64,000 bases of DNA from Catajapyx aquilonaris (lineage: Eukaryota). Position numbers and translations under genes: made by a program. Shown here piece by piece: positions 1-13,039 of the stretch (position 1 is the first letter of the stretch; every line of letters starts with the position of its first letter). The notes under the pieces are model-generated. The model was not told where the DNA came from. It was given only the letters and a program-made list of their open reading frames with translations, and searched no databases. Location: positions 1-64,000 of the forward strand of contig JYFJ02000876.1 in NCBI GenBank assembly GCA_000934665.2, read 5' to 3'.

Positions 1-140
1 GTTTGAAGGGGGGGGGGGGTCAGAATACTGGTTGCATCGGTACAAACTTTGGAGTAAGTAACATGTGAGGAAAGTTCAGTGATAATAACGACAATGTGTC
101 ATTGTGAAGAAACACATCATATGGATTTTTAAACATATTT

Positions 141-335
141 TGAAGAAAATAATACACGTACAGTACCGGTATGTGAAGAAAATAATACACGTACTGTATA
201 CAGTATATGAAGAAAATAATACACGCACTGTACAGTATATGAAGAAAATAATACACATACTGTACAATATATGAAGAAAATAATACCCGTAGAGTATATA
301 TTGTGAAGAAAATGATACACGTATATTACACGTAT
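141..335. repeat. Minisatellite, ~32-34 bp unit x6 (TGAAGAAAATAATACACGTACTGTAYAGTATA-like)
   Basis: The motif tgaagaaaat(a/g)atac recurs six times at ~32-34 bp spacing; it explains the three overlapping junk ORFs here. Confidence 0.9.
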
Positions 336-3230
336 ATTTATACGACACATGTATTATTTTCGTCAAAATATTATTGCGATGATTATGTGATGAAAAACAT
401 TCATGCATAAAATGTCATAATTTTTGCCTTAATATAAATTGGCGAGAATATGATAAATCAAGTCATTTTTCGCCTCTCCTGTGTATACGTATATGAACAT
501 TACTGTATAGTAAAAAAGTGAGAGGAATTTAGCGGTTTTAATTGATGGTTGCCTTGAGAGGTTTAGCCGTGACCGTGAGTATGGTTTGGGAAATTTCCGT
601 ATTTTAGTTCCCTTCCGGAATCGAGATTCACTTGCTAAATATTTTCCCACCGAAATGAGCCTGGGGTATGGGAATTTTTCGCAAAGAGGTCACTGCATTC
701 TTACAAACCGTACGGCAATGAAATTTTTACACCGGTAGAGTGACTCGCTGAAATTTTGCGATGATTCAAAAAATCACTTACATTGCAGCTGATATTTTTT
801 TTAAACACATAGACGCAACGTTTTACACAGCTGCGATTGTATAACAGCACTTTCTGTAATGATTACTATTATACACACTGGAATGGTCCAAAGGCTGCCA
901 ATCAACACTATCATTTTTCCTTGCCCATGAAGTGGAAATGTGCATTTGTATGCGTCTCTCTTCTTCTTAATACCATGTATGCGCAACCATGCATTCATAC
1001 CCGTCCTCTAAAACGGGATAAAAATTTTCGCAAAAAAAACTAGTGTGCAAAACCCACCCTAGCGTTTTATTAGTGAGTCATGCAAGGTTCATATTTTGAC
1101 CATAAGCGTTAAATTTCCTGCCCAGTTTTTCACGTCACAATATGCACATTTTTCTCAGGTTTGCAGGTGTGGATAGGGCTGTTTTTTTTCCTTCAAAAAA
1201 GAAATAGGAGGAAAATTTTCGCAAGAGAAGAAGCAGTAGGGCGGAATAAATTTGCTTCTTGGCACGAAAATCATGTTATTTTCAAACCCGTGCCTCTTTT
1301 TTAGGTAATAAAAAAATATGAATATGGATTACATGAAAACATTTTCTAAACACGATAATTTTAGAGGAAGGCTTGCTGCGTGTGGTAGATTTTTTTTTTT
1401 TTTTGGTACACCTGCAATTGGTTTCAATATTATGCAGGAATGATCAGCTTGTCTGAATCCTAATTCGTTGATTACTGGCTTCCAACATAGTCACGGAAAA
1501 ATGTGTTCAAATCGGAAAATTTATTCGCCATAAATATGTTGTACTTTTCATTCACTTTTTGACTGCAAAGAATTCTGATCTAAATAACTTTTCATTCAAT
1601 TTTAGTGGAATTTTTACTGAAAAGCTTTTGCTGCTATTTTAAACCTTTTGAGGATTTTTAAAAAGATTAAATTGTAGGGGAATAGTAATACAAAGTAGCT
1701 AGAATTGGCCAATACATGTTTGCACCTGGATCTTGGTCATTGATACCTCATTCGCAGGATCATTCACCTTCAAATGCTTTACACCAAAAAAATGTGGGCA
1801 CCCAATTTCGAAAGAAAAAAAACAGCTCGAAAGTGTGAAAACCAGCTGCTAAATCAACTGTGTAAAAATTATTGGACCGCTTTTGGCAGCTGCTATTTGC
1901 TCATGCCACATTATTAACCCACTCCAAAAACGTTCCACTCTTAAAAATGACCAGCCCAAAAGGGGGTTAATTTGCAAAGCATAAAAACTAGCGGCATGAG
2001 ACAATGACACCTTTAACAAACTTACAAGCTTGACAAAGTCTGCAAAAACAAATAATTTGTACCCCCCATTTAAATTACTTCTAATCCGGTTTTCGCACAA
2101 AATTAATTTGCAACCGTGTCCGAATTCGCAAGAAAGTGTGATCTTTTCAATTCTCCGCCGTATTTTATATATTTCCCCTCCTTTTTTTGTTGGTTCGTAA
2201 TTGTCCAGATGATTCCTTGTCCTTGGCAAGGAAAGAAGTCAGTGCCAGTGGCTGACCATGCCCTTGACCTTCGAGGTTTAGAACTAGAGCTTTTTCCAGG
2301 CGATGAAAATCACCCGAGCGTAGAAATTACTCACAATGTCTTCGTTTTTTTTCACTCTGACCTTTTTCGTTTGGGTTTTTTTTTAAAAAAAAAGGTGACG
2401 GAGACACGGATCTGAATCTTAAAAATATAAGTGGAGCTTGTAAACAAATTTTTGGCGTATTCGTGTTATTAAGATGAACGCACCAGGTAGTGAATCATAT
2501 TTTGAAAAATAATTTTATAAATAAATAATTTGCTACAAACAACCCCCTACCATCTACCCGCTAACGGGTCAGTTTAATTTTTCATCAGTTTAAATCACAC
2601 GTTACGGCGGTTACCTCTGGATGTCCAGCTGCTGACACGTGTCAAAGGTCGCTCCTGTGGTGAGAAAACGCTCTCATTTCACCCAATACTGGTCTACTTG
2701 TCAATCAAAGTGGCTTTTTCTCAGTCCCTTAGCTTGGGGATGCAAAATAGTTGTTTTCAATTCAATAACAGGTTTCCCATAACAGGGAGGCTAGTCACTC
2801 ACCCTTCGTATCATACCATGTGCATAAAACTGAAACTGTACACACACACGTGTAAAAGTTAACATCATATTTTTGTTCCCACGACCCTTTTGTACTATGG
2901 GAAATTTTCACTTTCGATGGTGTCGACCTCGAGTAGGCTTGATTCGGAAGTTTGGTCGCCATCTTGATCTAGATCCGGAGAACTTGCCCCTCTATATAAT
3001 ATTTGAATAACAAAAAACCGGCTCTAGTTTGGGGGGCCCCTCTGATGCCAAGCTGGTCCATCAAAACTGCTCAAAAATACGCCAACTTCCACATATAAAC
3101 CTTAAGGTTCATTGCAATTTATGATTGAATTTTTGAATTGTTGCAGCTTTTAAAAAAATAATATTTCCTTCCACTTTCTCCCCTCTTCTCCTCCCCTTCC
3201 CTCTCTCCATTTCTGATCTCCTCTTTTCAG

Positions 3231-3327
3231 TTGGACGAAGACAGAATGGGCTCCTCCTTCGACGAGTTTTTAGAGCTGGCCGAGTGGACTATAAAGGGAC
3301 TCAAGGAAGGCGAATTGAGTATTCAAG
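3231..3327 (+). CDS. Gene A exon: loop + helix 2 of degenerate bHLH (LDEDRMGSSFDEFLELAEWTIKGLKEGELSIQ)
   Basis: Long polypyrimidine tract with ttttcag acceptor; CAAG|gtgagt donor; 97 nt, phase 0 to phase 1, matching the helix-2 exon layout of Hes/Hey genes. Confidence 0.75.
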
Positions 3328-6300
3328 GTGAGTCTCAGGAAAGGGGGCGACAGGGGAAAAGAAGAGGGGGGAGGGGGGAGATATTTTTTATTATAAGTTT
3401 TTTTTTGCCTTCTAAGAAAAGGGTTATGAAAGTTTTGGATGTCCAATGATATCATGTTTCTTGGACGGTACGTTTGAGAAACGGCCCTGGCCAACCTCCT
3501 AATAGGAAGGTCACAGGAAGTTTCCGGTGACATCACAATATTATTATTATTATATTTACAGTATTTTGCATTAAAAATATAGCAATATTGCACCATCAGT
3601 GTCATCTGCAATAATATGTAACAATTGACAAAATTTATCTGCGAGATTTGATTTTTTTAATGGGCCTAATTATTTTCGTAGGATTTTAATTATACAGGGT
3701 GACCCAAAAATCCAACCTACCATACAATATCTAAATATATAAAACAGAAAGTTGGCTGTATGTCCGGGCTACCTAACCTACTTCCGGGCTCTTGAGTGCT
3801 GAAACTTGGGAAGCATATATATGTCCAGACTTTTGGATCACCCTGTATAGTTTCTTACAAGTATTACTTTATATGTCCATGACACCCCTCCCAAAAAAAT
3901 CCTAGGTTGGCCCACACATCCCTTTGGTGTCATGGGAAAAACTGTCCTGACATTAAAAAAAGCCACAGCGTGTAAAAAGGGGGTAACGTAATATCCAACG
4001 CCAATTACCCACCTTCTAAGGTGGCAAATTCAACAATAAAGCCAAGTAACAATAGCGAAAAAACCCTTTCGCCGGACACACCGAATATTACGAGGGGGGT
4101 CGTTCCTGAGAGACATTTTCGTTCCGGAGATCTTCCTCTCTTCTTTTTTTTGACATACCCTGTACCCATACTGAAGTCGACCCTCACTTTGGGGGTTAAA
4201 AAAATCCCCCTATAGGGTTTTTGCTGGCACGGGCCATTGCTAGAACCATAGCAAAAACATTACTTGTTTTTTTCATATATAGACACACACACTACACCCA
4301 AAGTGGGGAGTGCCCCAAGAAGTTTTTGGGACCCCTCAGGTAACCTCACCTGGGGAAGAAAATGACTCGACCCTTTTTCCCTGATCTTCCCACGCCTATC
4401 TCGTATACTTCATTTACCCTTGGCCTGGTCTTTTTCCGTTTGCTTGGCCCCTTCTTTTCCACGTGGGGCCCTCTCTGTCTGCCCCCCCCTTCCTCTCATT
4501 ACCATCTTTACATAACGCTCTCTCTCTCTCTCACTCACTGAATGTTTTATTACGTAGAAAAAGTTGGGTGCTTTAATTGCTATTGGGTCGGTTTTTGGGG
4601 TTGGCTGTTTTTAGAATGCAAACGTTTTTTAATGAATGCAAATTGTATGTTTTGTTGTCCACCTGCGAAGAGGATCACGCTAAGAGCTAGTTTTTCGTGA
4701 GAACTTTTCCTCTAGGGTGGTCACTCATCGGGAGCAATTTTTTTTAAACAGTGTCGAATCGGGTTGATAAGTACTTTAAAATTGTTGAGATTACCCGGAA
4801 AGTGGACTAATAGTGTACAATCTTTAGAAATGACTTTATTAGGGACTTGCTTTTTTTAAAAAAAGGAGTTGATGCTAAATTATGAGGAACTAAACTCATG
4901 CCAATAGTTGTACCATGTTTGGAACACTAACAAAGTCGAAAGGTATCATTTGCATTGTAAGGAGAAAAAAAAGTGATGTTCCTGTATCATTTACGAACAA
5001 TTTCAGGGGTATTAGGGGTAATGGCTTCATCCTGGTGGAGGTCAACTTGCTTGTCACAGTAACACCGATTGTTACGTTAAGGTCATTGATAATTCCACTG
5101 CATTGTCCTCAGCCTGAAGAATGATTATTAACATATAAAGGCAACATTTATGATATGGGTTGGCATTAGTAATTCTACGTAATAAACAATCGATCAGCAT
5201 TTGTTGCAAAAAGGAATAGCCATAATATACGTACATGATTGTATTGTACGAGGTGACACCATGCCATGTGTTTATCGCATGCATTAATAGCAAAACAATT
5301 CAATAATAATCACCAGCCATATCTCCTATAATAACTGTAATCTTGGCGTTGCACCGCAATCACTATATGGCTCAATGCAATTGACATGTCCATAAAATAA
5401 CCCGATAATAGATCCTGCATTTACAGCTAAAACTAACCAGTCAACGTTACCCACCCGACAAAAAAACACTTATTTTAAAAACATTAACCTTGTGCAATTC
5501 AGGTCTTCAATTGTAACAATAGAGTGCTAAAAGTATGTCACGTTTCCTCAGGTGTGTGTGGGGTATTTTTACAATTCCCGGTTTTCACTCTCTTAATTTA
5601 TTGGCCTATTATCCTAAACTTCCACTTATCTCACCACGGGGGAAAAAATACACACCTGTTTATTGCTATAGAAACACTTTCTAATTAAACTCTTAGGAAA
5701 TGAAATTAACCAGTAAGACACTGAAGAAACTGCAAAAAAAAAAAAATTACAAGCACGTTTCCTTGAGCATGACGCCGTAAGAACCTCATACGAATCATTT
5801 TGGATGCCATGGGTGCCCCTGACCCATGACAGGGATCGGACATAGACCTTGAATCGCATGCGTAACGCTACCGGTACGATGGCTTCTGGTATAGTAGCAA
5901 AAACTTTAAATTCACCAAAAAAAAAAAGGATTTCCATGTATCAACTCCTGAATCGCAATCAGAATTTTGATGATGGCTATAGGACCTGGGGAAGGTGAAA
6001 GTTGTCTCCTGGCAGTGGGTCATTGGGTCTTATGGCCCCCGGGGGTCAAGAGGTCATCTGGCAGTTGAGGGACGGCCGGTGGTGCAAAAACCCATCCCTT
6101 AATTCTATTTCCTTCTTTGGCAAGCAGTCTCAAGTCAGGATTTCTAACCGTGCCCTTCTCAGGATGACCCTCGATGTTGCAAGCCAGTTAATTGTGTACT
6201 TACATGATGATAAGATGGCTTTTGATCTATGTGAGGACCGCTGTTTTTTTTTGGGGGGGGGGGGNAGATTAAGAAAAGGTGAAGGGGATTGACCCACTAT

Positions 6301-6819
6301 TTGGGACTGGTCATCGAAAAAAACCCATAAATAACAGCTCTTTTTCGATGATAAAAAGTCTACTCGAATCACGCTCTTGTATTTTCCGGGTGTAAATCAT
6401 ACCTGTACGCTCAATGCACATTTTGGTCATTGCACCCCTCCACAGATTCGCTCGAGAGCCTAGCAGGATACTTGGGCCGACCCGATGTCCCGGACACCTC
6501 AGAACTGGAGGACTCCCAACAGCAGGAGAAGGACAACGAGTTCATCCGGGCTGGGTTCACGAACTGTATGAACGAAGCCATCCGGTACCTGGTGGAAGAA
6601 GAGCAGCTGTCCACCGAGGACCCGATTGTCACTGGTCTTCGCCAACATCTGGTCAGCCAACAGGACCACCTCGAGTATGACCGGCTACTACACGAGGACA
6701 ATAAGCAGGAGACGACGACAACACCGGACACTCGACGTTTCAGTTGCGTGGTGTGTGTGCAACCTAATGTGATAAGGACTGCTGACCTGCATGAGGATGA
6801 CCGGCCACCTTCCATATGA
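3231..6819 (+). CDS. Divergent bHLH-Orange protein, gene A (5'-partial; exons 3231-3327 and 6446-6819)
   Basis: The exons join in phase (G|AT = Asp). They give a helix-2-like segment (GSSFDEFLELAEWTIKGLKE) followed by an Orange domain (FIRAGFTNCMNEAIRYLVEEEQLSTEDPIVTGLRQHL). Stop TGA ends at 6819 with no WRPW. No helix-1 exon was found in the window, so it is probably upstream. Confidence 0.8.
3695..3845. mobile_element. Tc1/mariner-type MITE remnant
   Basis: ta|cagggtgacccaaaaatc ... gacttttggatcaccctg|ta: imperfect ~18-bp TIRs starting CAGGGTG, flanked by TA. Confidence 0.7.
6446..6819 (+). CDS. Gene A terminal exon: Orange domain and C-terminal tail
   Basis: ccacag acceptor; frame of ORF 6430..6819; AGF..C..E..RYL...E.L...DP....L..HL Orange pattern; GC-rich coding-like composition; AATAAA near 7107 and 7464. 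Confidence 0.88.
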
Positions 6820-9800
6820 CCCATGTGCGCGGATATAGTGTGTGTGCGGACGAAATCTTCTTTTCCTCTTCCTTTCGCTGTCCTTCACATGCCTCATGAT
6901 CTCCAAAATATGATCTCTGCCGCTATTGGTATTAAAAGTGTGCCTGAACTGGAAGGTGGTCATCCTGAGGAAGGCCTCTGTCTAATCAACAAGGTAATTA
7001 ACAAGGGGGTACCATCAACGCCCTTTTTATTGTTTACGACATGACTGGTACCAACCACACAAATAGTGCCCCTCTGCATTGTCATTCCAGCCGCTTGTTT
7101 ATTCCCAATAAATTGGTGGCACACACACACAAAAAAAGAGGTTCAAAAACGTGCACCAATTAAACTTGGGTAACACTAATGAAGTCAGAACATGGAAATC
7201 CATTGCGATAAAAATCAAGCCTGAGTTTCTTTAGTTGCTAAAGAAGTTGTAATAGGGATGAAATATCGGCTTATTTGCGTCAATAACAGGTCATTATCTG
7301 GTGGAGAGAAAACGTTTTTGAGGCGAAGTGAAATGGTGATCCTGCACACCTCTGGTGCTTAAAGATGCAATTTATCAACTTGCGAGCCTTCCACTTCTGT
7401 GAAGAAATATGTGAAACAAAAAAGCATTTTCTATCACTTGTACAAAAAAATATTATGTTTAAAAATAAAGCGGTTGATTTGGTTTCAAAGTTGTGTTGAA
7501 TGTATGGACACGACTAGATAAAAATCGAGTGTGTCAATCCGATATCTTAATTTAACATTAATGTAGGCGGTTTTTTTTGTTTAAGAAATATAAGGAGGCA
7601 AATGGGAGTGATCTGGAATTCGTGTCGTTATGTGGCAGTAGCTGGCTTAAATTGCGTTTATGACCATCAACACGTCGCTTGATTCGTTCATTTGTGTCAA
7701 TTAATTAAGTTAAAGTGGGTAACAACAATGATAATTATGCTCACATTGTGTGAAGCACTTTCGGACATAATATTATTTCATAAATGGTACGTAAATTTGG
7801 GATCACTCCTTAGGCCTATAGCTGCATTAGTGTTGTTTTTTTTAGAAAAATTACACATACGTAATTAATTGTTTTAAAATCTGTTAAACATTTCACTGAT
7901 TGGCTCCTGACTGTATAGTGAATCTGTTATTGGTGAAGAGTTGCAAGTAAAATTATCATTTGTTACTTTTTTATGTTGGTGATTGTGAGAAAACGTTGTT
8001 ATGGTTGTTTTATTGCTCTGTACATAACTGAATACCTTTTTTTTGTAGCGCAATAAAAAAAATGAGAGAAATGAACCGCACTTTTGTTTTTCTTTTTTTT
8101 TCACTGCATGAAAAGCTCGTTTCACGGAATCTCTGAATGTGACACGTACGAAAACAAACATTAAAATTCCTCGCATGTACTCGTGACGATCATAAGTCGT
8201 CAAGATGAGCGTGCTTGTAGGCCATATTTCAAAGGACTAAAAGTCGTCTCAGGTAAGCGAAGAATTAGACCCTCACCGGCATACCATGCGAATTGCACCC
8301 GAAATTGAAATAGCAGCATGTACCTAAATTGCACTTTATGACCTTGGCCCTACATAATCATACCAGTCAATGACTGGTCAATCTGGCCATATGTCAGTTC
8401 AATAAAACATATGTTATTCTCAATACAACCGGTTTTTTAAAAACTAATCAAGTGTAGCATTTGGCTGACCAACAATGTAACCTACCTATAAAAAATTAAA
8501 GTCATGCAACTAGGATGAAAATTGCAGACTTTTTTTTTGCGACCAAACCATTTCTAAGAAATGTTTCGCATGCTGCCTTAGAAGTATTTCCGGACCTCAA
8601 CATTCCATGCACTGCAGCTGTTGAACAGGCGCCGATAGGGGTTGACCCTCCCCCCCCCCNAACAGAATATGTCCAGACTTAGTGTTTGGCGATCCTTTTT
8701 GGAGAAACAGGTTCATGGTGTGAGTTAGGAGACCCATTTTGAGTAGAGTCGCTCCGATACAAAACACAGGACGTTCCTCCCCAGTAATGGATCCGCTGAT
8801 TTAAGGCAACCCATAAGGTTTGTGTTCGCGCAACGTTCTTTCAGCAGGGTACATGACCGACCAAAAAAAGCGAAGCCGGTTCACACCTACCAAAGGATGT
8901 GGCAAAAGATAGCAAATCTAGTGGTTAAATCAGGAAAAAAAATTATATTTTAAGAAAACTGTATAGGTAACATCTAGAGGTAACAGCTGGCAGAAAAATG
9001 GCCACGTTCCTTCCACGAGCTTTGTCGCAGCTAATCTGGCAATAAATCAGCCACAATATTTGAGAAGCAAATGTGGTTATGAATATAAATAAATATTTAT
9101 TCTCCCCCCTCCCTCCCTTCCCTCCATTTATGCGAAGGAGCAAGGTTCTGAAGAGTGTCCACCTCATGGGGAGAAGAAGCAACGAGGGCAAGCTTTTGGC
9201 TTGGATCAAAACCTAAGGGGCCAGACTGTCTCACCTGCCAACCCATTTGTTTTTACCCTCCTTTTCTAGCTCTTCTTCTTCTTCTTCTTCTTTTGCAGAA
9301 GGGGGCTCTTCGGCCCCACCCCCACCCCTAGTCCTGACCTGCCAACCATCTGGTTGAGTCCAGGACACCACCTGGCAGGGCCTTCTGGCACAGGAGGACC
9401 CTACCTATACAACCAGCACCACTAACCAAATGTCCGTCCTAATCCACTTCTATGTTGGAAAGATTGTGCTCTAGTTCCAGCCACTATTTTACAGCTTTTA
9501 AAATAAAAAAAAGTGAAGTAGGCCACTAACAGCTGCAACAACGATTCATCCACAGGTAATATCTAATATAGGTAAAGAATTAGCCATTATTAGCAACAAT
9601 GTTGCTCAGTCAGATCTCGTGTACTTATTCAGCCTCAGAGGCCATTTCAAAATGGTGTGATGCAGACAGCTGAGCCCTCCCTGAAGTTAAAGGTTTTTCA
9701 GCAGCCACTTGCAAGTCAATGAGACTCCTCCAAATGAAACCCAATAACAATTTGTTCTCAGCACGTGAGCTCTACACACACAACAAAAAAACAACATGGT

Positions 9801-12652
9801 CGGCTTCTATTTCAGAAAAAAAAGATGCCGCAAAACTGTTAATTTCATATTCGATTACTGTTAATTACGGGCCACAAATTTAAATGGCCTCCACTCTTTT
9901 GTTTCTCTGAATGAGTTCTATTCGTTTTATTGACCACTGTTTATGGACTCCCGGCTTGGAATCTGGTTACGAAAATTCCACGGACCAGCAATTTGCATGC
10001 GCTTAATAGGTTTTATATGTCTACCCAAAATGGGACACATTCCTTGCCCATCATAGCACAATGGCGTAATAATGTCCTCCCACGACTGTAAGTGCAGACA
10101 CGGCAAGTGCAGCTCATGTTGGCCGCATTCTTCAGGCTGCAAATGGGCAAGAGATCCGCGTTGCATATGTATGTAACCCTCTCATCTAATGACACAGGCT
10201 GGTAATAAGATAATGGAGCTCGTTATGCTGTGGGGGTCCTGATGTGTCCTCTTGTCTTTCAAAATAGAAACGCATAGGAATGCCAAGAACACCTCGTTTA
10301 GAGACGGAGGAAGCTATAAGTTAGGCCTCGTCTGCCAGAGGTCATATGGGGCAAGGTTGCATTTTTCGCCAACAAAGGATGCCCCCGCGCGACACTGCCA
10401 TTTCCAGCCAAAAAAATTGCTCATTAAGTGTTCCACAAGCCTCTTTTGAAGCTGATGACAGCCGGTTAGCCTGCAGCCTATAACCTGTTTGTAGTGTTTA
10501 AGCCAGTCAACAATCAACAAGTGATAGCTTACATTTCCCCCCCCCCCCCCACAAAATCACATTACATGCCAATATGAACCAATGTGGCAGCTCCACGTGG
10601 TTTGTATTCAAAATGGTGTATCCACGTGGATTACTGCAAAATGGCGGCTGTTCAAGGACTTGTTCAAGGCTAGGTCCATGAAATGCAATGGTCAGTAATT
10701 ACAGTGATTACGACCTTAATTAAAAGTCTAATTTTACAGCCTGGGTTATTCCCAGCTTCATCTGTAAGCATGGCGATACTTTACCTTCCGATGTAATCCC
10801 CCCATAGAGGAGCCCACCCCAATGCCCCCAATTTGATGAATAACTTTCCAAATCCTCGTTCACAGGGTGCACCTCCCTTTGCTTCGGTTTCCTTCACCGA
10901 GCCTTGAAATTAATCAAAACTCCGGCCATGGAGAGTATCAATTACGAGCTTTTGTGGCCGCTAAAAAAGGGTATAAGATGGGTTGAAAAGACGAGTGAAC
11001 TTTAGTGTTGGAGGGGGGCGCCTCCTCATTACCCCCCAGCACCCCCAAGGACCACGTCTCAACTACAAAATACTTAAAATCAATCAAGCTTGCTCTAACA
11101 GTCCTTGGGAAGCACTAATTTTCCCATTAAATTCTCCCCGTAGTTAGTCATTTTCTTCAATTAAGTTGGAAAACCTCTTTAAAAGAAGGCTTGGGACATA
11201 GTAATTAATCTCTTGAAGGGAAATCGAAAGGGAGAGGTCCTCTCTTGGAGAAAGATTTTGGCAGGGGCCATCCATACAATGCAAAGGCACAATGGATCTT
11301 CGGCTTGTCCCGATTAGTCGTCTCCTAGAGTGATTAATGCCAAGATCAAGCTCAAACTCCAACCAAGGGCGCGGTTCGGTAGCTATTGGAAAATTCCTGG
11401 TTCACCATTTGTCTTCTGCTAACTATATTGATAATCGCATCTTGATTGAAGTCTGCTATAGAGAAGAAGGGCTTGTAAAATATTGCTGCCGATTTTATCA
11501 ACGATATTTCGATTGGACAATACACGTACAATGTGTTGAAAAAGGCAGCTGTGCGTACAAATTCAACAAAAGCTGAAAAATTCTGTTAATTATTTGAGCC
11601 GCACCAAAGGGCGGAAATATGAAATTGCCTACTAATATTATTCTTTTGATAGTAATCGCATGAAATTTAGTGTATACCCTGCTGGGAATTTGACCTATTA
11701 TTCAACCTAACGCGCACAAAAACGCGTTTTATTACCGACAATACGGCTAATTAAACCCATTTTTTTATTGCACCCCAGCTGGTTTCTCATGAGTGTGACA
11801 CAATGTTTCCAGTCGTGCTAGGGATCCCTCCTATTGACCACTGGTCATACATTAGGGATGCAAATAACCCTCTGAAAACAGTTGAGCCTGGGGGCCAATC
11901 AAGAAGCAGACACGCATATGGGTATGGGGGGTATGAGAGTGCCATGTAAAAAGGGAAGGTAAAAGGCTACCATTGTTGAATAAGAAAAAAAGAGGAACAT
12001 TTTTGCCCCTCTTGCTTCTGTGGCTCGGAACATAAAAAGTCACCCACAGGACCCTTATAGGACACACTTTTTTTGGACCCTCACATTTTTTTTTTCTCAC
12101 TTTGCTTTCAATGTATGTACCCGTTGCATTGGCACAAACAAATAAAAAAATCTGAAATCCACTCAAAAAAAATTGCTGTTTTCTATGAAAACGGGTTTTG
12201 AATTTTTGTTTCTTTTTTCAAGTTTGTAACCCCCTCTTTTTTATATGAAAAAAATGCTGGTAGGGAGAAGTTTGAATAGGTGAAGAAGGGGGGAAGGTAA
12301 CTGGACGAAAAGAAAAGCGACGGAAAAAAATGTTTTTGCCTCTTTTTTTTGGAGGAAAAAAATTATTGCGACGGTTGTGGATTTTTGTTTCGGAATCAAA
12401 AGGTTAAATCAAAATTTCGAGCTAGATGAGAAGACTTTCCCATATATTTTCACACACTTCAACGGTTACTAACTATAGCAGTTTTTTATTCAAGCAGGTT
12501 TTTCTTTTTAAAAATTCATCGGTCAACTAATTTTTCAGCTTGGTTGTTTGCCTCTATTGTTTAGTAAATATATTGTTTGTTTACACGTGTGCGCCCATTC
12601 ATGAACATGCAAGCCTTTAAAAAAATGAACTTCAAATTTCCTTACATCAACA

Positions 12653-13039
12653 AGTAGTAGCCCACGGCTTATTACGGAGCCTCATGGAAAAATTCCGCAG
12701 TGTCGCCACCGTCTATGCGAGTTTAACATGGGAAAGCGCCACTGCGGCGGTTTCTGTAACTAGTAAATATGCGTGGGAAGAGTCTCCAGCCAATCAGGAG
12801 GCTCGGCGAGAAGCTACGCTTTGAAAAGCAGCGGCGGCCCCCCGCGGCAGTGGCAGCACCGTCGCNTTCAAAGCGTAGCTTCTCGCCGAGCCTCCTGATT
12901 GGCTGGAGACTCTTCCCACGCATATTTACTAGTTACAGAAACCGCCGCAGTGGCGCTTTCCCATGTTAAACTCGCATAGACGGTGGCGACACTGCGGAAT
13001 TTTTCCATGAGGCTCCGTAATAAGCCGTGGGCTACTACT
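12653..13039. mobile_element. Palindromic element with Polinton/Maverick-type termini (non-autonomous derivative or collapsed full element)
   Basis: Two 173-bp inverted arms (12653-12825 and 12867-13039) with no mismatch seen; termini AGTAGTAG...CTACTACT; 6-bp direct repeat tcaaca on both flanks; an n at 12866 on the arm boundary. Confidence 0.75.

Noticed and set aside
2209..2275. Possible upstream exon of gene A
   Set aside because: Weak donor, wrong phase in the open frame, and no resemblance to a basic/helix-1 segment
6820..7470. E(spl)-type K-box/Brd-box/GY-box motifs in the gene A 3'UTR and paired Su(H) sites near gene B
   Set aside because: None convincingly seen, so a Notch-target E(spl)-complex identity is not supported
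12723..12969. Two near-identical 66-aa ORFs on opposite strands
   Set aside because: A consequence of the palindrome; no recognisable protein
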